Shown here: in pieces, positions 12,406 to 25,300 of the stretch
Layout of the letters: every line of letters begins with the position of its first letter
Position numbering within the stretch: position 1 is the first letter of the stretch
Assembly (NCBI GenBank): GCA_964036045.1
Contig: OZ038378.1
Span: 168,888,001-168,952,000, forward strand
Source: Eutreptiella sp. 'Long Island Sound 2002'
Lineage: Eukaryota > Protista > Euglenida
Direction: 5' to 3'
Length of the DNA: 64,000 nucleotides
Translations under genes and position numbers: made by a program
Notes under the pieces: model-generated
Database searches by the model: none
Told to the model about the DNA's origin: nothing
Seen by the model: only the letters and a program-made list of their open reading frames with translations

Positions 12406-12861
12406 TCAGATGATGAGCCAGGCTGCCAAACCCCAGAAAGGCACAAATCGCAACCACCTCTTGCTGCTCTCCTCTGAATCCACAGCACCAATCAATATGA
12501 TTTGTGCCATGTAAAACAGGGCACTGTCCAGCAAATAAGAGAAAGAAGCACGCTGGTGTGTGATAATTTGCTGGAAGAAAGCAACACGCTCCGTCAAATC
12601 ACCCCCAACATCAGGGCGCCCCACAAAGAACCAGATAATCGCAACCATGAACACAACAGCGCCGGTGATGCCAAATGGGCGTGCCAGTGGGGATTTAGAA
12701 TCTGGCGGTCCAGCAGTTGGTGTAATGGCACGCACAGCCAAGTAAGACAAAACCATTGAATTGGTGAGGAACATGCCAAGGCCCCACATAGTGACTGTGG
12801 GTAGATTTTCACGACCACGGCGATCCATCAGCAGAAGTGGTAGGAACATGAAGATATAAGC
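12406..12861 (-). CDS. Exon 6 (last): C-terminal membrane domain AYIFMFLPLLLMDRR...RFVPFWGLAAWLII*
   Basis: Acceptor ctttttgttgctgCAG|GCT at 12862; TGA at 12408-12406. Contains several hydrophobic helices (MWGLGMFLTNSMVLSYLAVR; FGITGAVVFMVAIIWFF). Confidence 0.88.
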   Translation of the reverse strand, partial: AYIFMFLPLLLMDRRGRENLPTVTMWGLGMFLTNSMVLSYLAVRAITPTAGPPDSKSPLARPFGITGAVVFMVAIIWFFVGRPDVGGDLTERVAFFQQIITHQRASFSYLLDSALFYMAQIILIGAVDSEESSKRWLRFVPFWGLAAWLII

Positions 12862-15800
12862 CTGCAGCAACAAAAAGCGGCACACTGGATCATGGTCAGC
12901 AAAGAGGAGGAGTGGAAGGGTCTGGGATGCCAAAACTTGTGCACACAAAATAGTGGAACAACAGTCTCTTGAGCTCCTCCTGCTGTGTACAGCAAATTTT
13001 ACAGTTGAAGAAACTGGCAGCTCCCAGCTGGATATTTTAGAATCTGCAAGCACAAAAAGCACAGAACTGCAGAAATTTGACGCATTTCGAAAGTGCTTGT
13101 GTTTGTTGTGCTGCACTCTTAGCTGAAAAAACGGCAACAGCTACAACACGTCCACCGTCACTTACTGTCATCGATTGCAGGCACTTATGACCAGGGTTGT
13201 GCTTGAGTGATGCGTTGGGTGGGGGAGGTCAAGAGATTGGGGACACCAATTGTGGAACCCACCATCCATTACTTTCATGACCTGTGAAAGAAAACGTGCA
13301 ATTTTCTTGCTCTAGAAAAATAACCACATGCAATTCACTAGTTGGGCCTCAGCCCAACTTCTATTTGCATGGACGTGTGTTTAGGCAGTCTTTCTGTCTT
13401 GATTTCCTGGGTGTCTAGGCCCTTCCCCTCATGCAAACTAACAATTTTTCTGCAGGAGCCCCCTACAGCGCATACAGTCAATGCAGTCAATGCAGCACGA
13501 CATGCAGCAGGAGGCTAGAGAATGAGAGGAGCTCTGCGCGCTCGTTGAAGGAACCCGACTGGGTCCTAGACCTCTACATTGTGGAAGCTGGAGAAGGCCC
13601 TGTCAAGAGATCACCTGGCCCAGAGATACGCCTCATCACTGGAAATCTCAAGGAATACATTGGGATGCGAGCTGGTCCCCATGGCCAATTTGAATGACCA
13701 AGGAACACGGAACACGGCAGTGCATATGAAGACGGCTAGATAAAACAGGGACATGGTCTTGATTGGTACACATGGGATAGCCTGTGCAAGTCCCAGAATG
13801 CGTCTACCAACTAGCGGAGACAAGCATCTTCTCAGTATGCCACATCGGTGGATGGAAAAGCACCTTTAAATCATTGCACAACATCCACGCCGGTACAAAA
13901 TGCACAAAATGCCCCACTTGCCGTTATCGGTTTCTATTTGTTCTCGCTGCAGTGATTCTTTTCGTTTCCCAATTGTGGCAAAGGATTTCGGCAAACGAGT
14001 TAATAGGAAATGGATTAGGTTGCAGCTGTGTTCAAATCAAATTCTATTGCCTTCGGCAGTGCACCTCGAAGAGAGGTTGACAGTCAGCCAATCAGTCCCT
14101 GAGCCAGCAAGCAGGCAGTCAGACAGATACACACAGTTTGGGTTTTTTGTCAGTGGCAGATGCGGTTTCAAGCAGCAGGGAGGCTCCATCTCGCAACTCA
14201 AGCAGTGGCCAAGTGGTAATGCGGCCGACCTGCATTTGTGTAGTCGGCGGTTCGAGCCCCAGACTGACCATTTTGGCGCCGCTGCCGGCGGCGGCGCTAA
14301 AAGTCCGCACATCAGGATTCGAACCGCCGCCTGCACAGTCGGCGCCAGCTGCGTTACCATTGGACCGCTGGCCGTGTTAGCAGCAGCTTGCGTCCCCACT
14401 GCTTGTAGGCTATTAAGCAAAAACTTTTGACCCCCCCCCCCAACACCCCCACCCCCCCACCCCCCAAAAAAGTGGTCTCCAGTTTTAGGGGATAGAGGCC
14501 TCAGAATCAAAAAATCCATTGGGGGATGGTCTTATTGGGCAAAATAATGATTTTACAAGGGGTTGGACATCCAATATCATGCATTGGGGTATGCTACGCG
14601 AATGACCCCAAAAAAGGGGGGTATATGACGCCCGCGCCTGCGCTTGATCTAACAACCTCTCTTCGAGGTGATTTCCGGATTTCCTCATCCGGAAAGTCCA
14701 ACTGGGCAGCACCCGGGGAGTATCTAGGCAGCACCTAGGGGGCGACTTGCGCGGATTGCACGCGTTGTGCGTGCGCCACACGGAGTGGCATTCCGTGTAA
14801 AATGTGCATATTATTGCATATTGGGGGCCCTTTGCCCCACCCGGGGCCCTACGTGCCCAGCCTTGGGGGGTCCTCTGAACCCGAAGACCACTATTTGGAC
14901 TTCTTACATTCCCCTAGGCCGGCAAAAGATACATGATTGAAACATTACAGGCTAAGAAATCCGCGACAAGGAGGCCAACGCAAACGGACCTTGGGTGCAG
15001 AGGTTTCTCTCCTAAACCCTCAAAGCAAGCATAGAACTCTATGTCAAGGAGTGTTTGGCAGGGCCACACAATGTGACCCAGCACGTAGGCGGTGAACACA
15101 ACATCCAGCAAAAGATTGTCATTGAAAATCGGGAGTTCGGCCGCTATCCGCACAAGAGCAGCACCGCTTATCACGAAGTCAGGGAGTTTTAAGTGTGGTT
15201 ACATGGAGAAGCTTGGGGTGATGAAAGCGTAGGTCAAAGCATGGGGTCCCGTTAACATGCCTATCAAGTTTTGCAAGAAAGTAGCAGTGGCTCGGAACAC
15301 CAGCGTTACCAACATCGGCTCACTTGCCCACCTGAAAGCATTAAATGTTGCGAAGAAGTCTATACCCACGAGTAAAGGATTGGATGGGTTGATGGATGTG
15401 GATTCCCGGGTACCTCTGAAGTTGTACCGTCAAGTGGGCCAAGCATGCAGCACAACAAAAAGACTGTGCATTCTTTCTCAGGGTGTTCTTAACTCCTGTT
15501 CCTTCCCTGGTAAAGGCATGCCTCGGTCCAGGTTGTTGTTTCACACCAAGACGGCCATTCGCACAGCCATCTGCCAACACTTTGTTGTTACTGGCCACAC
15601 GGGCGACGTCTTGCCGCGGGCGGAGGTTATGAGTGTGGCTGCAGCTGCCGGAGGGCCAGATGCCAATTCCACGAACATGGGGTTGTTGGTGTCGGAAATG
15701 GGCGTGACCAAGGACGTGTGGTGGATGGACGGGCGCCCTGTGGCTGTGTATGCTGGCATCCGCAAGATCCACTCCGCCTCAGGTAAGTGTTGCATAATTT

Positions 15801-16342
15801 TAAACGAAGCTTTCCAACCGTTTAAATGGCTTCCAACCATTTAGGCACCGTCAATGCGTTGAAATCAACGAGCAACAATTTTTTGAGTGATACTTCATGC
15901 ATGCGAATAGCCAAGTCATTCATAAAGCCCAAAGTAGGCTTTTCCGTCTATGTGTTGTGCTGATATTGTTGTCACGACCTATCCGACGCAAAAGTGGGGC
16001 CCCACCGCATCTTGCCCAACGGAATATTCCCATTTTTGACAAGCGCGAAATTTCAACCTTACGTAGCAAGTGCGGAATTTCGCCTATACAGCATTGCACA
16101 AGATCAGGCAAATGCGAAATCTCACCTCTGCCAAACTTCATCGTGTTGCGAAAAGCGTTCAAAACACACTTCCGTTGGTTTAGTAAAGATAGAATCTTGG
16201 GTATTATGCATGCATTACTATGTCACAAGATTGTGCAAATTTGAGGGGCACACTCTCCTTGGACAAAGCTTGTCTTCACTGACTTTTGTCTTTTCCGCCT
16301 GTGTTTGGAACCACGCACTGTTGCACCGCACTCGTGACGTTG

Positions 16343-16379
<37 letters not shown>

Positions 16380-19300
16380 GGTGTTGACAATTCGTCCCGG
16401 TGGGAAAATGCGGTGTTCGTAAGTGGATTGCATGATGGTGTTGTCTTCCGTGTGTCCGTGATTTCGAAGCTTGCTGCAATAGTGTTGCTATCCGGCACGA
16501 CATCTGTTCGTCGGAATACCGGAACATAAAAGTTAACATAACAACATAATTATTGTCATGATGTTTGTTTTACTTCATTGATTTGATTTTGATGCCATCA
16601 TTCCTGCCGAATAAGAAGAGGTTTCCGTTTTATGGGTTCCGTTTTATCAATTCTTGACGACCTCCATTGGTATATGCAGGGTCTATCATGGAGGGTCTGA
16701 AGGGGGTGCCATGGAGAGTCTGGAGGAAGACCCTGCATGCAATGTCTCACATGGTGGGTCTAAAGGGAGTCCCATTTAGGGTGTGACCTTTGGGGTGAAT
16801 CTTAAATTGCTCGGGGCAATGTTCCTGAAGCACCGCGGGTGCATGTTTATGTGTGTTCTTCAAACACATGGCTCACTGGATGCTTTTGATTGGGCAACCA
16901 AGCTCCATTTGATGAGGCTTGAGAAGAGTAGCAAAGTGGTTTTGACTGCTTGGCACATATGAAGATGGACGTCGGTGCACTGTCAGTGACCTCCCTTCTT
17001 CACACAATTTGTGGTCTGCATGCCTGACTCCATTGGTGAATGGTTGGGTGTGTATCAGGGACTCAACTGCCATGAGGTCCTCTTCCGGGGTCGTACTAAT
17101 GTGGCCCCTTAATGTTCAGACCAGTCGATGCATTGCTTTGCTGCCATGAGAACTGGAGCTCTCAATCACAGCACATGCTCGCGGTTCTTGCACCTTTACT
17201 GTCCACTGAGGACGACCTGACAACAAAATATGAAACAAACGGAGACCCGCGAATCACTACAACAGACCTCATGTTATCATGACGAGGCCTTTGCTCGGTT
17301 TGCTTTTCTTCGGGGGGCGGGGGGGGGGGGGGGAGCTGGTTCCTCGTTGGTAGCCCTAAGAATCGGCAAGTTCCCATTCAGCCGCCAAAAGTGTTTTCTT
17401 TTGTGTTCTGAGTTGATCAATATGTGGGACTGCATCCCATTGACTACCGCGACCCAGGGGAGGGGGTCGCCCGCGCGCCGTCCCTCGTAGGCAAAGGCCC
17501 CGCCCTGATGCACCCCACTTCTCGCTCCCACCCCTGGTCCTTTTTTTGAGTGGTTACCCCTCATAACTCGACGCTCCTGCCTGACTGCCACTTGTTTCCG
17601 TCACTCCGTCCGCAGCTTCACCCTGTGCTCCGCACAGGCCACCCCGTCCCTGTCCCCCTCCAACGCGTCCGCATCTGCCATCCCGCAGTGCAGACACAGA
17701 GGGGGGCCTGTGTGTGCCTGGCCCCAGCCGGGCTGGTGCACAAACGGACTTTGCCATGTGTAGTGCCCTGGTCCATGTCTCCATGGCAGTCTGCGCGTTT
17801 GTCGGGTCAAGCGTACATCAACGAGGCTTTTCTTGCTTTTTTCTTTCCTTCATTTAGGCTAGCGACGCCGACACCACCTCGGCGAAGGAGGCGACGGCCG
17901 CAAGCGCGAACGCTTGAGGCTGTGAAGAACGACACAGAGGCTGCACAAGAGGCACTGACTGTGCAGCAGCTGCCTAAAGCGGCGCCGAAGGGAGACTTTT
18001 GATGCAAAGAATGAAAAGGGGCTGCACCCCCCCCCCCCCCCCCGGCTAATTAATTTTCCGGGAGCCATGGCCCCCACTCCCTCCAAGCCTTTATGTGCAG
18101 GTTAGACTTTAATGTGGAAAGTGTGGCTTGGCAAATTGATTTTCGGATGTACAGTCATGTTCCGTGTGCAAGCAAAGGAAGGCCACCCCCAGTCCCTAGC
18201 CCAACCGCGTGCTTGGAGCAAACAGCATCTCAGAAGACATTAGGAGGAGCTTTTGGACACCATTGCCAATGTTGATCACGAGGACTTGCCCGTTAAGGAA
18301 GAGTGCATCCACGCACACACCAACAACGTAAATCATATGCAACGGCAAAATTGCAACGCTGGGTGTGGCGGGACCTGTTGTGCTACACATTCCTAGCGGG
18401 AGAGGCAATCCCACAGGTGCTATGGTAGATAATGGTCAATGAAGAGGCGGGAGTGTGTGATCGATAAAGATGGGCACACCTTAAAGGTAGACTCCTGAGC
18501 CAATCCATTCTCGTTGTGGGTGGGTGGGTGGGTAGCCGCTAGGTGAAACCATTGCAGAAGGGCCCACTTGCTCACTCCCTGTCAAGCTTTTTCACGAATT
18601 TGTCCATAGGTGGGAGAGCGGGCGACATACGACAACGCAAACACAGTTTCATTCATCAAATCATCCGATATTTATGCGCTCACCGCCCTTCGCTGCCAGA
18701 AACCGCCTCCCTTTGTGTCCAAGACGCCGAGTTGCCGGAGCAGTTGGTGAAGCTCAAGAACGACTTGCGCAAAGCATCATTTTGGAGATCCAACTTGGCA
18801 ACAACAAGAGATGCTGCAAGCCCAAAGAAACCGTTGTTTTGGTGCGACTAACCAAAAGAACCTAAGCGTGGGGCGGAGCAAACGCGGTGCAGTCTAGGCT
18901 TGCTTTGTTCCCCCATGCCGTCTACGCTGCGTGGCTAGCAAGGGCTGGGTCATGGGTTCTGCTCCCCCCGCCCTACTTTACACCTCAGAATTTACCTACT
19001 GTCGGACTGTGTCTCCACAACCTACGGTTTGCTCGCAATTGCTTGCCGAAACAAGGAGTTGCCAGCAACCGACAATTTGCCTGTCACCACCAACTTTTTG
19101 CAGCCACGATGACATTTCCCGCCTTGCACACTGCCGACGTGAAAGTAGCGGTCGCCCACAAATTGGGTACCGGAAAGATGTCGGGCATCTTGAAGGAGTA
19201 GTGCAATGGGAACGAGGGGGTGTGACCTCAATTGTTTTCATTTCGATGACTGCCGTAGGGGCCCATCCTAGGGTTGGTCCAAGGTTGGCATGAGGTGGTG

Positions 19301-22300
19301 AGTACTTACCCCGGGCGGCCTGATGCTGCAATGAGGCGCAATAGCCCCCAACGGTGAGTCAACCCCGACCGAAGAAGGAAAAGAAGAAAACACCACTACG
19401 TACTAGCTCTCCTTAACCACCACCAAAAGTTGTCTTCACTGAACTTGTCTTTTCCGCCTATGTTTGGAACCACGCACTGTTACACTGTACTCGTGAAGTC
19501 TCCACACACACACACAGGTGTTGGAAAAAACGTCCTGGTGGGAAAATGCAGTGTTGTTAAGTGGATTGCATGATTGTGTGGCTTTCCATGTGGCCCTACA
19601 TTTGAACCTTGTTGTGACGGTGTTGCCAGCGGGCGCGACATCCCTCCATGTGAATACCAAAACACAAAAACTTAACATAACGACATAAGTATTGTACTCA
19701 TGTTTGTTTTACTCAATTTAATTGATCTTAATGCCATTTTCTTGACAAATAAAAAGAACTTGGTTCAATTTTGTCAATTTTTGATGACCTCCATTTGTTA
19801 GGATATGTGGGGTCTACCATGGAGGGTTTGAAGAAAGTGCCATTGAGGGCCTGAAGGGAGACCCTCCATGCAGGCTCTCCCATGGTGGTAAAGGGAGTCC
19901 CATGGAGGGTGTGAAGGGAGACCTTCCACGTTAAGAACGAAAACGGGATCCAAGCCCCCCCCCCCCCCTTCCTGAATCAATTTTCGGGGAGCCATGGCCC
20001 CCACGCACTCCAAGCCTCTGTGTGGGGGTTTGCGTTTAATGTGGAAAGTGTGGCTTGGCAAATTGATCTTTGGATCTACATTCATGTTCCGTGTGCCGGC
20101 AAAGGAAGGCCACCCCCTCTCCTAAGCCCAACCATGCGCTTGGAGCAAAGAGCATCTCAGAACACATGAGGAGGAGTATTTGGACACCACTGCCCATGGT
20201 GATCACGGAGACTTGGATGTTATTGACAGATGCATCCACGCGCACGCCAACAAAACAAGGGAGATGCAAGGGCTAAACTGCAAGGCGGAGCGCCGCGGGA
20301 CTCGTTGTGCTGCAGATTGCCAAATGAAATGGTGGCGGTGTATGATCGAAAAGCCCTCAAAGGTAGAACCCTCCGGCAATCTGTTTGCGCTGCGGGTGAG
20401 TTGGTAGCCCGGAGTTGAAACCATGGCCAAAGGGCCTACTTGCTCACCCCCTGTGAGGCCATTTCACCAAAGTGGAGGAAGAGCAACTCAAAAAGCGCAA
20501 AGAGGAGTATTTGGACACCATCGTCAATGTTGATCATGAGGAGTTGGGTGTTGGGATCCACGTGCAAACCAACAAAGTAAATGATATGTAAGGGCAAACT
20601 GTCCATAGGTGGGAAAGTGGGCGATGGACAGGAGCCCAAAGCTCCAAGAAACCGTTGTTTTAGTGCGACTAACCGAAAGAACCTAAAGTGGGGCAGAGCA
20701 AACACAGTGCAGTCTGGGCTTGCTTTTTTCCTGTGGTCTAGGCCGTGTGGCTAGCAATTGTTGGGTCATGGGTCCTGCCTTCCCCCCCCTTTACACTTGA
20801 GGATCGACCTACCATCGGAATGTGTCTGCACAATCTACGGTTTGCCCGCAACTGCTTGCCGAACCAAGGAGTTGCCGGCAGCCAACCGTGTGCCTATCAC
20901 CACCAATTGTTTGCAATCGGGATGACCTTTCCTGCCTTGCACACTGCCAACGTGAGAGCACCGGTTGCCCAGAAACCCGGTACCGGAAAGATCTGGGGCA
21001 TCTTGAAGCAGCGGCACAATGGGAATGAGGGGGCACGGTTGTTTGCATTCACATGACTGCCGTAGGGGCCTCTCGTAGGGTTGGGCCAGGGTTGGCATGT
21101 CGTGGTTAGTTCTCACCCGGGTGCCCTTATGCTGCAACGAGGCGCAGCAACCCCCTGTGGGGAGTCAACGGCGACCGAAGAAGGAAAAGAAGAAGAAGAT
21201 ACCACTGCGTACCAGCCCTCGTTAACCATGGACAAAGCTTGTCCTCGGCGAACTTGTCTCCCCCCCCCCTATGTTTGGAACCACGTAGTTGGGAAGTTTG
21301 CAAACGCACCCACATGTAGGTGTTGGCATTTCGTCCCGATGAGAAAATGTGGTGTTGTTAAGTGGATTGAATGATGGTGTTGTTTTCCGTTTGTCCCTAG
21401 ATTGGAATCTTGCCGTAATAGTGTTGCCGTCCGGCGCGACAACTCTCCATCTGAATATTAGAACACAAAAATTCTCATAACAACATAAGTATTGTAATCA
21501 TGTTTGTTTGACTTAATTGACTACTTTTAATGCCATTTTTCGTGCCGAAATAAAAGAATTTGGTTCAGGTTTATCAATTCTTGACAACCGCGATTCGTTG
21601 GGATGTGCGGGCTCTTCCATGGTGGCTCTAAAGGGAGACCCTCCGTGCATGGTCTGCCACGGAGGGCCATGGTGGGTCGAAAGGGAGACTTGCGATGCAA
21701 AGAATGAAAAGGCGCTTCAAGCCCCGGCCAAATTCATTTTCCGGGAGCCATGGCCCCCACTCCCTCCAAGCCTCCATGTGCAGGTTAGACTTTAATGTGG
21801 AAAGTGTGGCTTGGTAAATTGATTTTCAGATCTACATTCATGTTCCGTGTGCAAGCAAAGGAAGGCCGTCCCAAGTCCTCAACCCAACCGTGCGCTCGGA
21901 GCAAAGAGCAAGTCAAAAAACATTAGGAGGAGTTGTTGGACACCATTGCCCATGGTGATCACGAGGATTTGGATGTTAACGAAGGATGCATCCACACATG
22001 CCAACAGTGTAAGTGATATGCAAAGGCAAAACTGCAAGGTAGGGTGCACACTGGACTCGTTGTGGTGCAGATTCCCGGCGCGAGAAGCGCTCCCACAGGT
22101 GTTGCGGGTGATGGTGTCCAATGAAGAGGGGGGAGTGTATGATCAAAAAGATGGGCACCCATAAAAGGTACACCCCCGAGCCAGTCTATTCGTGCTATGC
22201 ATGGATGGGTAGCCCCAAGGTGAAACCGTGGCCGAAGGGCCCACCTACTCTTTGCATACCAAAAGCCCCGTTCAAAAACTCCGAACCCACGACTATCACC

Positions 22301-25300
22301 AATGAAGACCCCACTGGCACAAGCCATGTAGCGCGAGTGCCAAAGATTCCTCCCTCCCGGAGTTCCACAAGGGGCTGTACCATCATTGGTCTCAAGGGAC
22401 CGCTTCAAGACGATTTTGAACCAGATAGCCCCGATGCACAACGCGAGTGAATTAAAAGGCCAGGTGATAAATGTTTGCTCAAAAGAGCTTGGGCGCGGTG
22501 AACATCAAGGAGATGTGCCAGTAGGACCGGGTGGTGGACAAGGAGCGGCTGAAGGACATGGGGAAGGTCAATGTGGCACTTCAACGCCTTTTTGCACACC
22601 CTTACCGAATGTCCCAGAATCTTGAATCCGAGGCATCATCGTCACTACGTGTAAAGCTTTTTGCAAAATTTGTGCATAGGTGGGAGAGTGGGCGACAAAC
22701 GAGAGCCCAAAGCCCCAAGAAACCGTTCTTTGAATGCAACGAACCCAAAGAACCTAAGCGTGGGGCGGAGCAAACACGGTGAAGTCGAGGCTTGCTTTTT
22801 CGTGCGATTTAGGGCGTGTGGCCAACAAGGACCGCGTCGTGGGATATGGACAACGGCTTCAAAGGTGTAAGACTTGTGGTACTTTGCTTTCGTATTGTGG
22901 TCTTTTTGCACTTGGTGGTTGTCAATCATTCCGAGGGTTTTAACACTTGCACTAGTTTTCATTGAAAACTCATCCTATACGGCATCGGGGCCACCTTCCT
23001 TTGTAGCCTGCTGGCACAACATGGATCACACAAGGCAACAAAGACGATGCAGCAATACTAACCAACCTGGGTGTTCAGTAGCATCTTCAATGTCGTTTTG
23101 CTGGGCTGCCATAGTCCGAACAACATCTTGGCATGGTTGCTTGGTATGCACACTACCCTGATAACATCGAAGCTAACATGTCGATGGCCATGACGGCCCG
23201 CCTTTGGCCCAGCGAAATGCCAGCCGGGCGGTTTTTGGAATTTAATATACTAAGCGTCATGAATCTAGGAATACTGCATGGTGCCCATACATGTTGTGCC
23301 CCTAACACGCCTTCTTGAGGCAGTGTCGAAAGCAGTGACCAAAATGGAGAAGATCAACCTCCTAACCCCCGCCCAAGATAGCCGACTTCCTCAATAATGT
23401 TTGCCGACTAAAAGATGGGCCCACAACACCGTGTGGCGACAACTTGCAGCCGTCGGGCTGCATGGTATAGCTTTTTGAGGAAGATGATGAGGAAGAGTTC
23501 ACCATCACTTTCACATGGGCATATAAGTGCTTGTCCTTCTCCCTTGAAGTGTCGCATTTGTGAAAAAAAGAATTCGCAGACATAGATGACTTCTTTGTTA
23601 GTTGGGCGACACTCGTTTTGAATGAACATTCATTCAAAGAGTTTGATGAGGAGAGGGCCAAGCTACCACAATACACAACATGAGTTGGCTGAGATGTACA
23701 ACAGCAAGGCAAAAAGGTTAAAGTCTCACCCCCCAATCCTTAACTACATCAATTCAAAAATGAATGCCCTCAACAAGAAGGAACAACACAAGTGATATCC
23801 AAACTTTTGTGTTCTCAGCCCCAATATTTTGGAAACTGATGTCTAATGCGCTGCACAAACATCACATGTGTTATCTCCGAAATAACCCCAACAAAGAAGG
23901 GAATGAAGGAGTGATGGAAGAGGAGCTTCCGCTGTTGTTCCAAGTAACAAGTTGGTCTTCATTTGCCAGCTGACAAGGGTTCAGATTTATCATTACAGTC
24001 AACGGATCAAGAATGAGAGCTGTTACAGCCTTACTCATGAAACGGTGGGATGAGTGGATTGGCTTGCCACTAGCACTTATTCCCGACGATTCAACAAAAT
24101 CAAGTAGCTAATGCCGACTCTGCATGCTCCTTACTTGGAGTTTTTCAACCGAGATCTGGTGGCGGGGACACGAGCACCTATTTGATTCAGAGTTTCATAG
24201 ACCAAATCAAAGCACGGAATGCATCACAAGTGAGCCGAAAAAAAGGCCATGGTGTGACCAGGATGAGGCCACCGGATATCGTCGGCCCCAGTGCCAGCTC
24301 CTTCCACGCACCTGCGGCGGCCGCTACGGGAGGCAGGCCAGCTCGCGCGGCCAAGGCAATGTGCCAGCGGTTGCTGTCCGCTGTCATCGCTGAGGCAGCC
24401 ACGGACGCGGCAGTGGCGCCGGCCGCGTTTGGCGGGCGTCCAGACCGCCAGCAAGACGCGGAGTGGGAGGAGGAGGATGGGACTGAGAGGATATCCCTTC
24501 AACAGGCCGATCAAGGCCAAGAATATGTGGATGCAGTGCACCGAGTTTGCCAAAAGGGTCCGGGGTAGAAAGGTTTTGGTCTTCAAAGACTTGGGGCGCC
24601 CATCATGCGTCAACACAGGGAGCAATCCACTGGACATTTCCACATCCGACCTTGCCAAAATGCCGCATGTCCGGGAAGAGACCCTGCCCACGTACGAAAG
24701 GGTTGCGGCTAATGTAAGGAAGAAGATGGCAAGAGTGACAGCCGCTTGGGGTGCCGATGAACCAACCATTCCCAAAATGACCACCATCTCAACAATGAAT
24801 CCGCCGAATCCGACTTGCTGCCTGCGACGAATTCGTAGCCAAAACCGAGGTCCAGTTTGCCGCCGCAACCCAATATGTAGAATATGTAGCCGAATCCGGT
24901 CTGTTGGGGTGCTGAGGAGGCCGAATCAAGTTGTAGTGCTCCTAACGCCATATCCGACTTGTGGTCTGCTATTGATGCCGGCACCGAGCTCTAATATGGA
25001 GGCTAATCCGAATTCGGCACCGCTTTTGCCTCTACGGGCACCAACACGTCCTCGTTCGGCGGTTCAACGGCCGCCTTTTTCGCACAATTGCAATCCCTTA
25101 AACAGACGCTTGTGCTGCCTCTTGTATCTACGCCGTCTTGTTTGCCGCTTCCCCTTGTGCCCAAGCCAGTTTGGTCAGTTTTGGCCTTCTCCATGCCCCT
25201 ATACTTGTCGTTGGGGTGCTAATGAGGCCGAATCAAGTTGTACTGATGCTGGCGCCAAATCCTACTTCCGGCCTGCTGGCAAGGCCGAATCCGACTTGTG

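Noticed and set aside
12862-13137. N-terminal extension of ORF 12406-13137
   Set aside because: Homology-like sequence starts only after the CAG acceptor at 12862. The upstream part is intron read-through.
14199-14374. Functional tRNA genes
   Set aside because: Acceptor and T stems are mismatched and there is no clear 7-nt anticodon loop. Reported as tRNA-like elements instead.
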